NCBI GenBank assembly: GCA_964016885.1
Contig: OZ024743.1
Location: 100,936,001-101,000,000 of the forward strand
From: Eledone cirrhosa
Lineage: Eukaryota
Direction of reading: 5' to 3'
DNA length: 64,000 bases
A program made the position numbers and the translations under genes. The first letter of the stretch is position 1, and each line of letters opens with the position of its first letter. This document shows positions 15,601 to 29,500 of the stretch, one piece after another. The notes beneath the pieces were generated by a model, which was not told the origin of the DNA, did not search any database, and was given only the letters and a program-made list of their open reading frames with translations.

Positions 15601-16740
15601 CTATATATTCCCCACTCTTTCTATATATTACTCACTCTTTCTATAATATATTCCCCACTCTTTCTATATATTCCTCACTCTTTCTATAATATCTAACCTC
15701 ACACTTTCTATATATTCCCCACTCATCGTGTATATTCGCCACTTTTTCTATATATTCCCCACTCTTTCTATAATATCTAACCTCACTCTTTCTATATATT
15801 CCCCACTCATCGTATATATTCCCCACTCTTTCTATATATTCCCCACTCTTTCTATCCATTCCCCACTCTTTCTATATATGCCCCACTCTTTCTATATATT
15901 CCCCACTCTTTCTATGATATGATCCCCACTCTTTCTATATATTCCCCACACTTTCTATAGATCCCCACTCTTTCTATATATTCCTCACTCTTTCTATATA
16001 TTCCCCACTCTTTCTATATATACGTCACTCTTTCTATGTATTCCCCACTCTTTCTATATATTCCCCACTCTTTCTATATATTCCCCTCTCTTTCTAAATA
16101 TTCCCCACTCTTTTTATATATTTCCCACTCTTTCTATATATTCCTCTCTTTTTCTATAATATATTCCTCACTCTTTCTATACATTCCCCACTCTTTCTAT
16201 ATATTCCTCATTCATTCTATATATTCCCCACTCTTTCTATATATTCCCCACTCTTTCTATATATTCCTCACTCTTTCTATAATATATTCCCCACTCTTTC
16301 TATATATTCCTCACACTTTCTATAATATCTAACCTCACTCTTTCTATATATTCCCCACTCATCGTATATATTCCCCACTCTTTCTATATATTCACCACTG
16401 TTTCTATAATATCTAACCGCACTCTTTCTATATATTCCCCACTCTTTCTATATATTCCCCACTCTTTCCATATATTCCTCACTCTTTCTATAATATATTC
16501 CCCACTCTCTCTAAATATTCCTCACCCTTTCTATAATATCTAACCTCACACTTTCTATATATTCCCCACTCATTGTAAATATTCCCCACTCTTTCTATAT
16601 ATTCCCCACTCTTTCTATAACATCTAACCTCACTCTTTCTATATATTCCCCACTCATCGTATATATTCCCCACTCTTTCTATATATTCCTCACACTTTCT
16701 ATATATTCCCCACTCTTTCTATATATTCCCCACTCTTTCT
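9590..16740. repeat. About 2.15-2.25 kb higher-order repeat: two full copies plus two partial or rearranged copies
   Basis: The marker TCATTGTAAAT occurs at 9981, 12113, 14364 and 16570. ORF pairs 9592/11744 and 11414/13566 have offset 2152; 14282/16488 and 14540/16746 have offset 2206. Confidence 0.85.
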
Positions 16741-16749
16741 ATAATATGA

Positions 16750-19700
16750 TCCCCACTCTTTCTATATATTCCCCACTCTTTCTATACATTCCCCACTCTT
16801 TCTATATATTCCCCACTCTTTCTATATATTCCTCACTCTTTCTATATATTCACACTCTTTCTATATATTCCTTACTCTTTCTATATATTCCCCACTCTTT
16901 CTATATATTCCCCACACTTTGTATATATTCCCCTCTCTTTCTAAATATTCCCCACACTTTTTGTATATTCTCCATTCTTTCTATATATTCATCACTTTTT
17001 CTATAATATATTCCCCACTCTTTCTATATATTCCCCACTCTTTCTATATATTCCCCACTCTTTCTATATATTCTTCACTCTTTCTATATATTCCCCACTC
17101 TTTCTATATATTCCTCACTCTTTCTATATATTCCTCACTTTTTCTATATCTTCCCCACTCTGTCTATATATTCCTCATTCATTCTATATATTCCCCAATC
17201 TTTCTATATATTCCTCACTCGTTCTATATATTCCCCACTCTTTCTATATAATCCTCACTCTTTCTATAATATCTAACCTCACTCTTTCTATATATTCCCC
17301 ATTCTTCGTATGTATTCCCCACACTTTCTATATATTACCCACTCTTTCTATATATTCCCCACTCTTTCAATATATTCCTCACTCTTTCTATATATTCCCC
17401 ACACATTCTATATATTCCCCACTCTTTCTATATATTCCTCATTCATTCTATATATTCCCCACTCTTTCTATAATATGTTCCCCACTCTTTCTATATATTC
17501 CCCACTCTTTCTATATATTCCTCATTCATTCTATATATTCGCCACTCTTTCTATATATTCCCCACTCTTTCTATATATACCCCACTCTTTCTATAATATG
17601 TTACCCACTCTTTCTATATATTCCCCACTCTTTCTATATATTCTTCACTCGTTCTATATATTCCCCACTTTTTCTATATAATCCTCACTCTTTCTATAAT
17701 ATCTAACCTCACTCTTTCTATATATTCCCCATTCTTCGTATGTATTCCCCACTCTTTCTATATATTCCTCACTCTTTCTATATATTCCCCACTCTTTCTA
17801 TATATTCCCCATTCTTTCTATATATTCCCCACTCTTTCTATATATTCCCCACTCTTTCTATATATTCCTCACTCTTTCTATAATATATACCGCACTCTTT
17901 CTATATATTCCTCACTCTTTATATAATATCTAATCTCACTCTTTCTATATATTCCCCACTCTTCGTATATATTCCCCAATCTTTCTATATATTCCCCACT
18001 CTTTCTATATATTACCCACTCTTTCTATATATTCCTCATTCTTTCTATATATTCCTCATTCATTCTATATATTCCACACTCTTTCTATATATTCCCCACT
18101 CTTTCTATATATTCCCCACTCTTTCTATATATTCTTCACTCGTTCTATATATTCCCCACTTTTTCTATATAATCCTCACTCTTTCTATAATATCTAACCT
18201 CACTCTTTCTATATATTCCCCATTCTTCGTATGTATTCCCCACTCTTTCTATATATTCCTCACTCTTTCTATATATTCCCCACTCTTTCTATATATTCCT
18301 CACTCTTTCTATATATTCCCCACTCTTTCTATAATATATTCCCCATTCTTTCCATATATTCCCCACTCTTTCTATATATTCCCCACTCTTTCTATATATT
18401 CCTCACTCTTTCTATAATATATTCCCCACTCTTTTGATATATTCCTCACTCTTTCTATAATATCTAACCTCACTCTTTCTATATATTCCCCACTCTTTCT
18501 AAATATTCCTCACTCTTTCTATATATTCCCCACTCTTTCTATATTATCTAACCTCACTCTTTCTATATATTTCCCACTCATCGTATATATTCCCCACTCA
18601 TTCTTTATATTCCCCACTCTTTCTATAATATCTAAGCTCACTCTTTCTATATATTCCCCACTCTTTCTATATATTCCTCACTCTTTCTATATATTCCCCA
18701 CTCTTTCTATAACATGTTCCCCACTCTTTCTATATATTCCCCACTTTATCTATACATTCCCCACTCTTTCTATATATTCCTCATTCTTTCTATATATTCC
18801 CCACTCTTTCTATATATACCTCACTCTTTCTATATATTCCCAACTCTTTCTATATATTCCCCATTCTTTCTATATATTCCTCACTCTTTCTATAATATGT
18901 TCTCCACTCTTTCTATATATTCCCCACTCTTTCTATATATTCCCCACTCTTTCTATATATTCCCCACTCTTTTTATATATTCCTCACTCTTTCTATATAT
19001 TCCCCACTCTTTCTATATATTCCTCACTCTTTTTATATATTCCCCACTCTTTCTATATGTTCCCCACTCTTTCTATATATTCTCCACTCTTTCTATATAG
19101 TCCTCACTCTTTCTATAACATATTCCCCAATTTTTCTATATATTCCCCACTCTTTCTATATATTCCCCACTCTTTCTATATATTCTTCACTCTTTCTATA
19201 TATTCCCCACTCTTTCTATATATTCCTGACTCTTTCTATATATTCCTCACTTTTTCTATATATTCCCCACTCTTTCTATAATATATTCCTCACACTTTCT
19301 ATATATTCCCCACACATTCTATATATTCCCCACTCTTTCTAAATATTCCTCATTCATTCTATATATTCCCCACTCTTTCTATATATTCCCCACTCTTTCT
19401 ATATATTCCCCACTCTTTCTATATATTCCCCACTCTTTCTATATATTCCCCACTCTTTCTATACATTCCCCACTCTTTCTATATATTCCCCACTCTTTCT
19501 ATATATTCCTCACTCTTTCTATATATTCACACTCTTTCTATATATTCCTCACTCTTTCTATATATTCCCCACTCTTTCTATATATTCCCCACACTTTCTA
19601 TATATTCCCCTCTCTTTCTAAATATTCCCCACACTTTCTGTATATTCTCCATTCTTTCTATATATTCATCACTTTTTCTATAATATATTCCCCACTCTTT

Positions 19701-22140
19701 CTATATATTCCCCACTCTTTCTATATATTCCCCACTCTTTCTATATATTCTTCACTCTTTCTATATATTCCCCACTCTTTCTATATATTCCTCACTCTTT
19801 CTATATATTCCTCACTTTTTCTATATCTTCCCCACTCTGTCTATATATTCCTCATTCATTCTATATATTCCCCAATCTTTCTATATATTCCTCACTCGTT
19901 CTATATATTCCCCACTCTTTCTATATAATCCTCACTCTTTCTATAATATCTAACCTCACTCTTTCTATATATTCCCCATTCTTCGTATGTATTCCCCACA
20001 CTTTCTATATATTACCCACACTTTCTATATATTCCCCACTCTTTCAATATATTCCTCACTCTTTCTATATATTCCCCACACATTCTATATATTCCCCACT
20101 CTTTCTATATATTCCTCATTCATTCTATATATTCCCCACTCTTTCTATAATATGTTCCCCACTCTTTCTATATATTCCCCACTCTTTCTATATATTCCTC
20201 ATTCATTCTATATATTCGCCACTCTTTCTATATATTCCCCACTCTTTCTATATATTCCCCACTCTTTCTATAATATGTTACCCACTCTTTCTATATATTC
20301 CCCACTCTTTCTATATATTCTTCACTCGTTCTATATATTCCCCACTTTTTCTATATAATTCTCACTCTTTCTATAATATCTAACCTCACTCTTTCTATAT
20401 ATTCCCCATTCTTCGTATGTATTCCCCACTCTTTCTATATATTCCTCACTCTTTCTATATATTCCCCACTCTTTCTATATATTCCCCATTCTTTCTATAT
20501 ATTCCCCACTCTTTCTATATATTCCCCACTCTTTCTATATATTCCTCACTCTTTCTATAATATATACCGCACTCTTTCTATATATTCCTCACTCTTTATA
20601 TAATATCTAACCTCACTCTTTCTATATATTCCCCACTCTTCGTATATATTCCCCAATCTTTCTATATATTCCCCACTCTTTCTATATATTACCCACTCTT
20701 TCTATATATTCCTCATTCTTTCTATATATTCCTCATTCATTCTATATATTCCACACTCTTTTTATATATTCCCCACTCTTTCTATATATTCCCCACTCTT
20801 TCTATATATTCCTCACTCGTTCTATATATTCCCCACTCTTTCTATATAATCCTCACTCTTTCTATAATATCTAACCTCACTCTTTCTATATATTCCCCGT
20901 TCTTCGTATGTATTCCCCACTCTTTCTATATATTACCCACTCTTTCTATATATTCCCCACTCTTTCAATATATTCCTCACTCTTTCTATATATTCCCCAC
21001 TCTTTCTATATATTCCTCACTCTTTCTATATATTCCCCACTCTTTCTATAATATATTCCCCATTCTTTCCATATATTCCCCACTCTTTCTATATATTCCC
21101 CACTCTTTCTATATATTCCTCACTCTTTCTATAATATATTCCCCACTCTTTCGATATATTCCTCACTCTTTCTATAATATCTAACCTCACTCTTTCTATA
21201 TATTCCCCACTCTTTCTAAATATTCCTCACTCTTTCTATGTATTCCCCACTCTTTCTATATTATCTAACCTCACTCTTTCTATATATTTCCCACTCATCG
21301 TATATATTCCCCACTCATTCTTTATATTCCCCACTCTTTCTATAATATCTAAGCTCACTCTTTCTATATATTCCCCACTCTTTCTATATATTCCTCACTC
21401 TTTCTATATATTCCCCACTCTTTCTATAACATGTTCCCCACTCTTTCTATATATTCCCCACTTTATCTATACATTCCCCACTCTTTCTATATATTCCTCA
21501 TTCTTTCTATATATTCCCCACTTTATCTATACATTCCCCACTCTTTCTATATATTCCTCACTCTTTCTATAATATGTTCTCCACTCTTTCTATATATTCC
21601 TCACTCTTTCTATAATATATTCCTCACTCTTTCTATAATATGTTCTCCACTCTTTCTATATATTCCCCACTCTTTCTATATATTCCCCACTCTTTCTATA
21701 TATTCCCCACTCTTTTTATATATTCCTCACTCTTTCTATATATTCCCCACTCTTTCTATATATTCCTCACTCTTTTTATATATTCCCCACTCTTTCTATA
21801 TGTTCCCCACTCTTTCTATATATTCTCCACTCTTTCTATATAGTCCTCACTTTTTCTATAATATATTCCCCACTCTTTCTATATATTCCCCACTCTTTCT
21901 ATATATTCCCCACTCTTTCTATATATTCTTCACTCTTTCTATATATTCCCCACTCTTTCTATATATTCCTGACTCTTTCTATATATTCCTCACTTTTTCT
22001 ATATATTCCCCACTCTTTCTATAATATATTCCTCACTCTTTCTATATATTCCCCACACATTCTATATATTCCCCACTCTTTCTAAATATTCCTCATTCAT
22101 TTTATATATTCCCTACTCTTTCTATATATTCCCCACTCTT
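16750..22140. repeat. About 2.7 kb tandem duplication (about 16750-19420 / about 19430-22140)
   Basis: Markers TATACCGCAC (about 17886/20563), TCTAAGCTCAC (18631/21348) and CCTGACTC (about 19225/21968). ORF pairs 17310/19987 and 18714/21431. Confidence 0.85.
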
Positions 22141-25100
22141 TCTATAATATGTTCCCCACTCTTTCTATATATTCCCCACTGTTTCTATATATTCCTCACT
22201 CGTTCTATATATTCCCCACTCTTTCTATATAATCCTCACTCTTTCTATAATATCTAATCTCACTCTGTCTATATATTCGCCATTCTTCGTATGTATTCCC
22301 CACTCTTTCTATATATTACCCACTCATTCTATATATTCCCCACTCTTTCAATATATTCCTTACTCTTTCTATATATTTCCCACTCTTTCTATCTAGTCCC
22401 CACTCTTCGTATATATTCTCCAATCTTTCTATATATTCCCCACTCTTTCTATATGTTCCCCACTCTTTCTATATATTCCTCACTCTTTCTATATATTCCT
22501 CACTCTCTCTAGAATATCTTCCACACACTTTCTATATATTCCCCCACTCTTTCTATATATTCCTCACTCTTTCTATATATTCCCCACTATTTCTATATAT
22601 TCCCCACTCTTTCTATAATAGGTTCCCCACACTTTCTATATATTCCCCACTCTTTCTATACATTCCCCACTCTTTCTATATATTCTGCACTCTTTCTATA
22701 TATTCCTCACTCTTTCTATATATTACCCACTCTTTCTATATATTCCCCACTCTTTCTATATATTCCCCACTCTTTCTATATATTCCTCACTCTTTCTATA
22801 ATATATTCCCCACTCTTTCTATATATTCCTCACTCTTTCTATCATATCTAACCTCACTATTTCTATATATTCCCCACTCTTTCTATATATTCCCCACTCT
22901 TTCTATAATATGTTCCCCACTCTTTCTATATATTCCCCACTCTTTCTATATATTCCCCACTCTTTCTATATGTTCCCCACTCTTTCTATATATTCCCCAC
23001 TCTTTCTATATATTCCCCACTCTTTCTATATATTCCCCACTCTCTCTATATATTCCTCACTCTTTCTATATATTCCTCACTCTCTCTAGAATATCTTCCA
23101 CACACTTTCTATATATTCCCCACTCTTTCTATATATTCCTCACTCTTTCTATATATTCCCCACTCTTTCTATATTTTCCCCACTCTTTCTATAACATGTT
23201 TCCCACTCTTTCTATATATTCCCCACTCTTTCTATATTTTCCCCACTCTTTCTATATATTCCCCACTCTTTCTACATATTCCCCACTCTTTCTATATATT
23301 CCTCACTCTTTCTATAATATATTCCCCACTCTTTCTATATATTCCTCACTCTTTCTATAATATCTAACCTCACTCTTTCTATATATTCCCCACTCATCGT
23401 ATATATTCCCCACTCTTTCTATATATTCACCACTGTTTCTATAATATCTAACCGCACTCTTTCTATATATTCCCCACTCTTTCTATATATTCCCCACTCT
23501 TTCCATATATTCCTCACTCTTTCTATAATATATTCCCCACTCTCGCTGTATATTCCTCACCCTTTCTATAATATCTAACCTCACACTTTCTATATATTCC
23601 CCACTCATTGTAAATATTCCCCACTCTTTCTATATATTCCCCACTCTTTCTATAACATCTAACCTCACTCTTTCTATATATTCCCCACTCATCGTATATA
23701 TTCCCCACTCTTTCTATATATTCCCCACTCTTTCTATACATTCCCCACTATTTCTATATATTCGCCATTCTTTCTATATAGTCCTCACTCTTTCTAGAAT
23801 ATTTTCCCCACACTTTCTATATATTCCCACTCTTTCTATATATTCCTCACACTTTCTATATATTCCCCACTCTGTCTATATATTCCCCACTCTTTCTATA
23901 ATATGATCCCCTCTCTTTCTATATATTCCCCACTCTTTCTATACATTCCCCACTGTTTCTATATATTCGCCACTCTTTCTATATATTCCTCACTCTTTCT
24001 ATATATTCCCACTCTTTCTATATATTCCTCACTCTTTCTATATATTCCCCACTCTTTCTATATATTCCCCACACTTTCTATATATTCCCCTCTCTTTCTA
24101 AATATTCCCCACACTTTCTGTATATTCTCCATTCTTTCTATATATTCATCACTCTTTCTATAATATATTCCCCAATCTTTCTATATATTCACCACTCTTT
24201 CTATATATTTCCCACTCTTTCTATATACTCCTCACTTTTTCTATAATATATTCCCCACTCTTTCTATATATTCCCCACTCTTTCTATATATTCCCCACTC
24301 TTTCTATATATTCTTCACTCTTTCTATATATTCCCCACTCTTTCTATATATTCCTCACTCTTTCTATATATTCCTCACTTTTTCTATATCTTCCCCACTC
24401 TGTCTATATATTCCTCATTCATTCTATATATTCCCCACTCTTTCTATATATTCCTCACTCGTTCTATATATTCCCCACTTTTCTATATAATCCTCACTCT
24501 TTCTATAATATCTAACCTCACTCTTTCTATATATTCCCCATTCTTCGTATGTATTCCCCTCGCTTTCTATATATTACCCACTCTTTCTATATATTCCCCA
24601 CTCTTTCAATATATTCCTCACTCTTTCTATATATTCCCCACACATTCTATATATTCCCCACTCTTTCTATATATTCCTCATTCATTCTATATATTCCCCA
24701 CTCTTTCTATAATATGTTCCCCACTCTTTCTATATATTCCCCACTCTTTCTATATATTCCTCTCTCGTTCTATATATTCCCCACTCTTTCTATATATTCC
24801 TCACTCTTTCTATAATATATTCCCCACTCTTTCTATATATTCCTCACTCGTTCTATAATATCTAACCGCACTCTCTCTATATATTCCCCATCCTTCGTAT
24901 ATATTTCCCACTCTTTCTATTTATTACCCACTCTTTCTATATATTCCCCAGTCTTTCTATATATTCCTCACTCTTTCTATAATATCTAACCTCACTCTTT
25001 CTATATATTCCCCACTCTTCGTATATATTCCCCAAACTTTCTATATATTCCCTACTCTTTCTATATATTGCCCACTCTTTCTATATATTAATCACTCTTT

Positions 25101-26559
25101 CTATATATTCCTCACTCTTTCTAGAATATCTTCCCCACACTTTCTGTATATTCCCCACTCTTTCTATATATTCCTCACTCTTTATATATATTCCCCACTC
25201 TTTCTATATTTCCCCCACTCTTTCTATAATATGTTCCCCACTCTTTCTATACATTCCCCACTCATTCTATATATTCTGCACTCTTTCTATATATTCCTCA
25301 CTCCTTCTATATATTCCCCACTCTTTCTATATATTCCCCACTCTTTTTATATATTCCCCACTTTTTCTATATATTACCCACTCTTTATATATATTCCTCA
25401 CTGTTTTTATATATTCCCAACTCTTTCTATATATTCCCCATTCATTCTATATATTCCCCACTCGTTCTATAATAGGTTCCCTACTATTTCTATATATTCG
25501 CCACTTTTTCTATAAATTCCCCACTCTTTCTTTATATTCCCCACTCTTTCTATATATTCCCCACTCTTTCTATATACCCCTCACTCTTTCTATTTATTCC
25601 TCACCCTTTCTATATATCCCTCACACTTTCTATATATTGCTCACTTTTTCTATATATTCCTCACACTTTCTATATATTCCCCACACTTTCTATAATATAT
25701 TCCCCACTCTTTCTATATATTCCCAACTCTTTCTATATATTCCCCATTCTTTCTATATATTCCCCACTCTTTCTATAATATGTTCCCCACTCTTTCTATA
25801 TATTCGCCACTCTTTCTATATATTCCCCACTCTTTCTATATATTCCCCACTCTTTCTATATTTTCTCCACTCTTCATATATATTCCCCAACCTTTCTATA
25901 TATTCCCGACTCTTTCTATATACCCCTCACTCTTTCTATATATTCCCTACTCTTTCTATATATTCCCCACTCTTTCTATATATTCCTCACTCTTTCTATA
26001 TATTCCCCACTCTTTCTATATATTCACACTCTTTTTATTTATTCCCCATTCTTTCTATATATTCGTCACTTTTTCTATATATTCCTCACTCTTTCTATAT
26101 ATTCCTCACTCTTTCTATATATTCGCCACTCTTTGTATATATTCCCCACTCTTTCTATATATTCCTCACTCTTTCTATATATTCCTCACTCTTTCTATAA
26201 TATATTCCCCACTCTTTCTACATATTCCCCACTCTTTCTATAATATATTCCCCACTCTTTCTATATATTCCCCACTCTTTCTATAATATATTCCCCACTT
26301 TTTCTATATATGCCTCACTCTTTCTATATATTCCTCACTCTTTCTATATATTCGCCACTCTTTGTATATATTCCCCACTCTTTCTATATATTCCCCACAA
26401 TTTCTATATATTCCCACTCTTTCTATATATTCCCCACTCTTTCCATATATTCCTCACTCTTTCTATAATATATTCCCCACTCTCTCTATATATTCCTCAC
26501 CCTTTCTATAATATCTAACCTCACACTCTCTATATATTCCCCACCCATGGTAAGTATTC

Positions 26560-29500
26560 CCCACTCTTTCTATATATTCCCCACTCTTTCTATAACATCT
26601 AACCTCACTCTTTCTATATATTCCCCACTCATCGTATATATTCCCCACTCTTTCTATATATTCCCCACTCTTTCTATACATTCCCCACTATTTCTATATA
26701 TTCCTCACTCTTTCTATATATTCCTCACACTTTCTAGAATATCTTCCCCACACTTTCTATACATTCCCCACTATTTTTATATATTCCTCACTCTTTCTAT
26801 ATATTCCTCACACTTTCTAGAATATCTTCCTCACTCTTTCTATATATTACCCACTCTTTCTATATATTCCCCACTCTTTCTATAATATGATCCCCACTCT
26901 TTCTATATATTCCCCACTCTTTCTATACATTCCCCACTCTTTCTATATATTCCCCACTCTTTCTATATATTCCTCACTCTTTCTATATATTCCCCACTCT
27001 TTCTATATATTCCTCACTCTTTCTATATATACCCCACTCTTTCTATATATTCCCCACCCTTTCTATATATTCCCCTCTCTTTCTAAATATTGCCCACTCT
27101 TTCTATATATTCCCCACTCTTTCTATAATATGATCCTCACTCTTTCTATATATTCCCCACTCTTTCTATACATCCCCCACTCTTTCTATATATTCCCCAC
27201 TCTTTCTATATATTCATCACTTTTTCTATAATATATTCCCCACTCTTTCTATATATTCCCCACTCTTTCTATATATTCCCCACTCTTTCTATATATTCTT
27301 CACTCTTTCTATATATTCCCCACTCTTTCTATATATTCCTCACTCTTTCTATATATTCCTCACTTTTTCTATATATTCCCCACTCTGTCTATATGTTCCT
27401 CATTCGTTCTATATATTCCCCACTTTTCTATATAATCCTCACTCTTTCTATAATATCTAACCTCACTCTTTCTATATATTCCCCATTCTTCGTAAGTATT
27501 CCCCACTCTTTCTACATATTACCCACTCTTTCTATATATTCCCCACTCTTTCAATATATTCCTCACTCTTTCTATATATTCCCCACACATTCTATATATT
27601 CCCCACTCTTCTATATATTCTTCACTCATTCTATATATTCCCGACTCTTTCTATAATATATTCCCCACTCTTTCTATATATTCTTCACTCTTTCTATATA
27701 TTCCCCACTCTTTCTATATATTCCTCACTTTTTCTATATATTCCCCACTCTGTCTATATATACCTCATTCATTCTATATATTCCCCACTCTTTCTATATA
27801 TTCCTCACTCGTTCTATATATTCCCCACTTTTTCTATATATTCCTCACTCTTTCTATAATATATTCCCCACTCTTTCTATATATTCCTCACTCTTTCTAT
27901 AATATCTAACCGCACTCTTTCTATATATTCCCCATCCTTCGTATATATTCCCCACTCTTTCTATATATTACCCACTCTTTCTATATATTCCCCAGTCTTT
28001 CTATATATTACCCACTCTTTCTATATATTCCCCACTCTTTCTATATATTCCTCACTCTTTCTATAATATATTCCCCACTCTTTCTATATATTCCTCACTC
28101 TTTCTATAATATCTAACCTCACTCTTTCTATATATTCCCCACTCTTCGTATATATTCCCCAAACTTTCTATATATTCCCCACTCTTTCTATATATTCCCC
28201 ACTCTTTCTATATATTAATCACTCTTTCTATATATTCCTCACTCTTTCTAGAATATCTTCCCCACACTTTCTGTATGTTCCCCACTCTTTCTATATATTC
28301 ATCACTCTTTATATATATTCCCCACTCTTTCTATATTTCCCCCACTCTTTCTATAATATGTTCCCCACTCTTTCTATATATTCCCCACTCTTTCTATACA
28401 TTCCCCACTCTTTCTATATATTCTGCACTCTTTCTATATATTCCTCACTCCTTCTATATATTCCCCACACTTTCTATATATTGCCCACTCTTTTTATATA
28501 TTCCCCACTCTTTCTATATATTCCCCACTCTTTCTATATATTCCCCACTCTTTTTATATATTCCCCACTCTTTCTATATATTCCCCACTCTTTTTATATA
28601 TTCCCCACTCGTTCTATAATAGGTTCCCTACTATTTCTATATATTCGCCACTTTTTCTATATATTCCCCACTCTTTCTATATATTCCCCACTCCTTTTAT
28701 ATATTCCCCATTCTTTCTATAATATATTCCCCACTCTTTCTATATATTCCCCACTCTTTCTATATATTCCCCACTCTTTCTATATATTCCCCACTCTTCG
28801 TATATATTCCCCACACTTTCTATATATTCCCCACTCTGTCTATATATTCCCCACTGTTTCTATATATTCCCCACTCTTTCTATATATTCCCCACTCTTTC
28901 TATATATTCTCCTCTCTTTATATATATTCCTCCTCTTTCTATAATATATTCCCCACTCTTTCTATATATTCCTCACTCTTTCTATATATTCCCCACTCTT
29001 TCTATATATTCCCCACTCTTTCTATATATTCCCCACTCTTTCAATATATTCCTCACTCTTTCTATATATTCCCCACTCTTTCTATATATTTCTCACTCTT
29101 TCTATATATTCTACACACTTTCTCTATATTCCCTACTCTTTCTATATATTCCAAACTCTTTCTATAAATTCCTCACTCTTTCTATATATTCCCCACTCTT
29201 TCTATATATTCCTCACTCTTTCTATATATTTCCCACTCATTCTATACATTCCCCACTATTTCTATATATTCCTCACTCTTTCTATATATTCCTCACTCTT
29301 TCTAGAATATCTTCCCCACACTTTCTATATATTCCCCACTCTTTCTATATATTCCTCACTCTTTCTATATATTACCCACTCTTTCTATATATTCCCCACT
29401 CTTTCAATAATATGATCCCCACTCTTTCTATATATTCCCCACTCTTTCTATACATTCCCCACTCTTTCTATATATTCACCACTCTTTCTATATATTCCTC

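Noticed and set aside
23771-23790. TTCTAGAA as a heat-shock element (also at other TTTCTAGAAT variants)
   Set aside because: Only two inverted nGAAn units are present; the third is mismatched, and there is no promoter context.
9688-26681. Short - strand ORFs (…GEYIERVGNIYDEWGIYRKSEVRYYRK…)
   Set aside because: They occur only where clustered 24-bp variants shift the frame past the per-monomer TAG. Their similarity to one another reflects DNA duplication.
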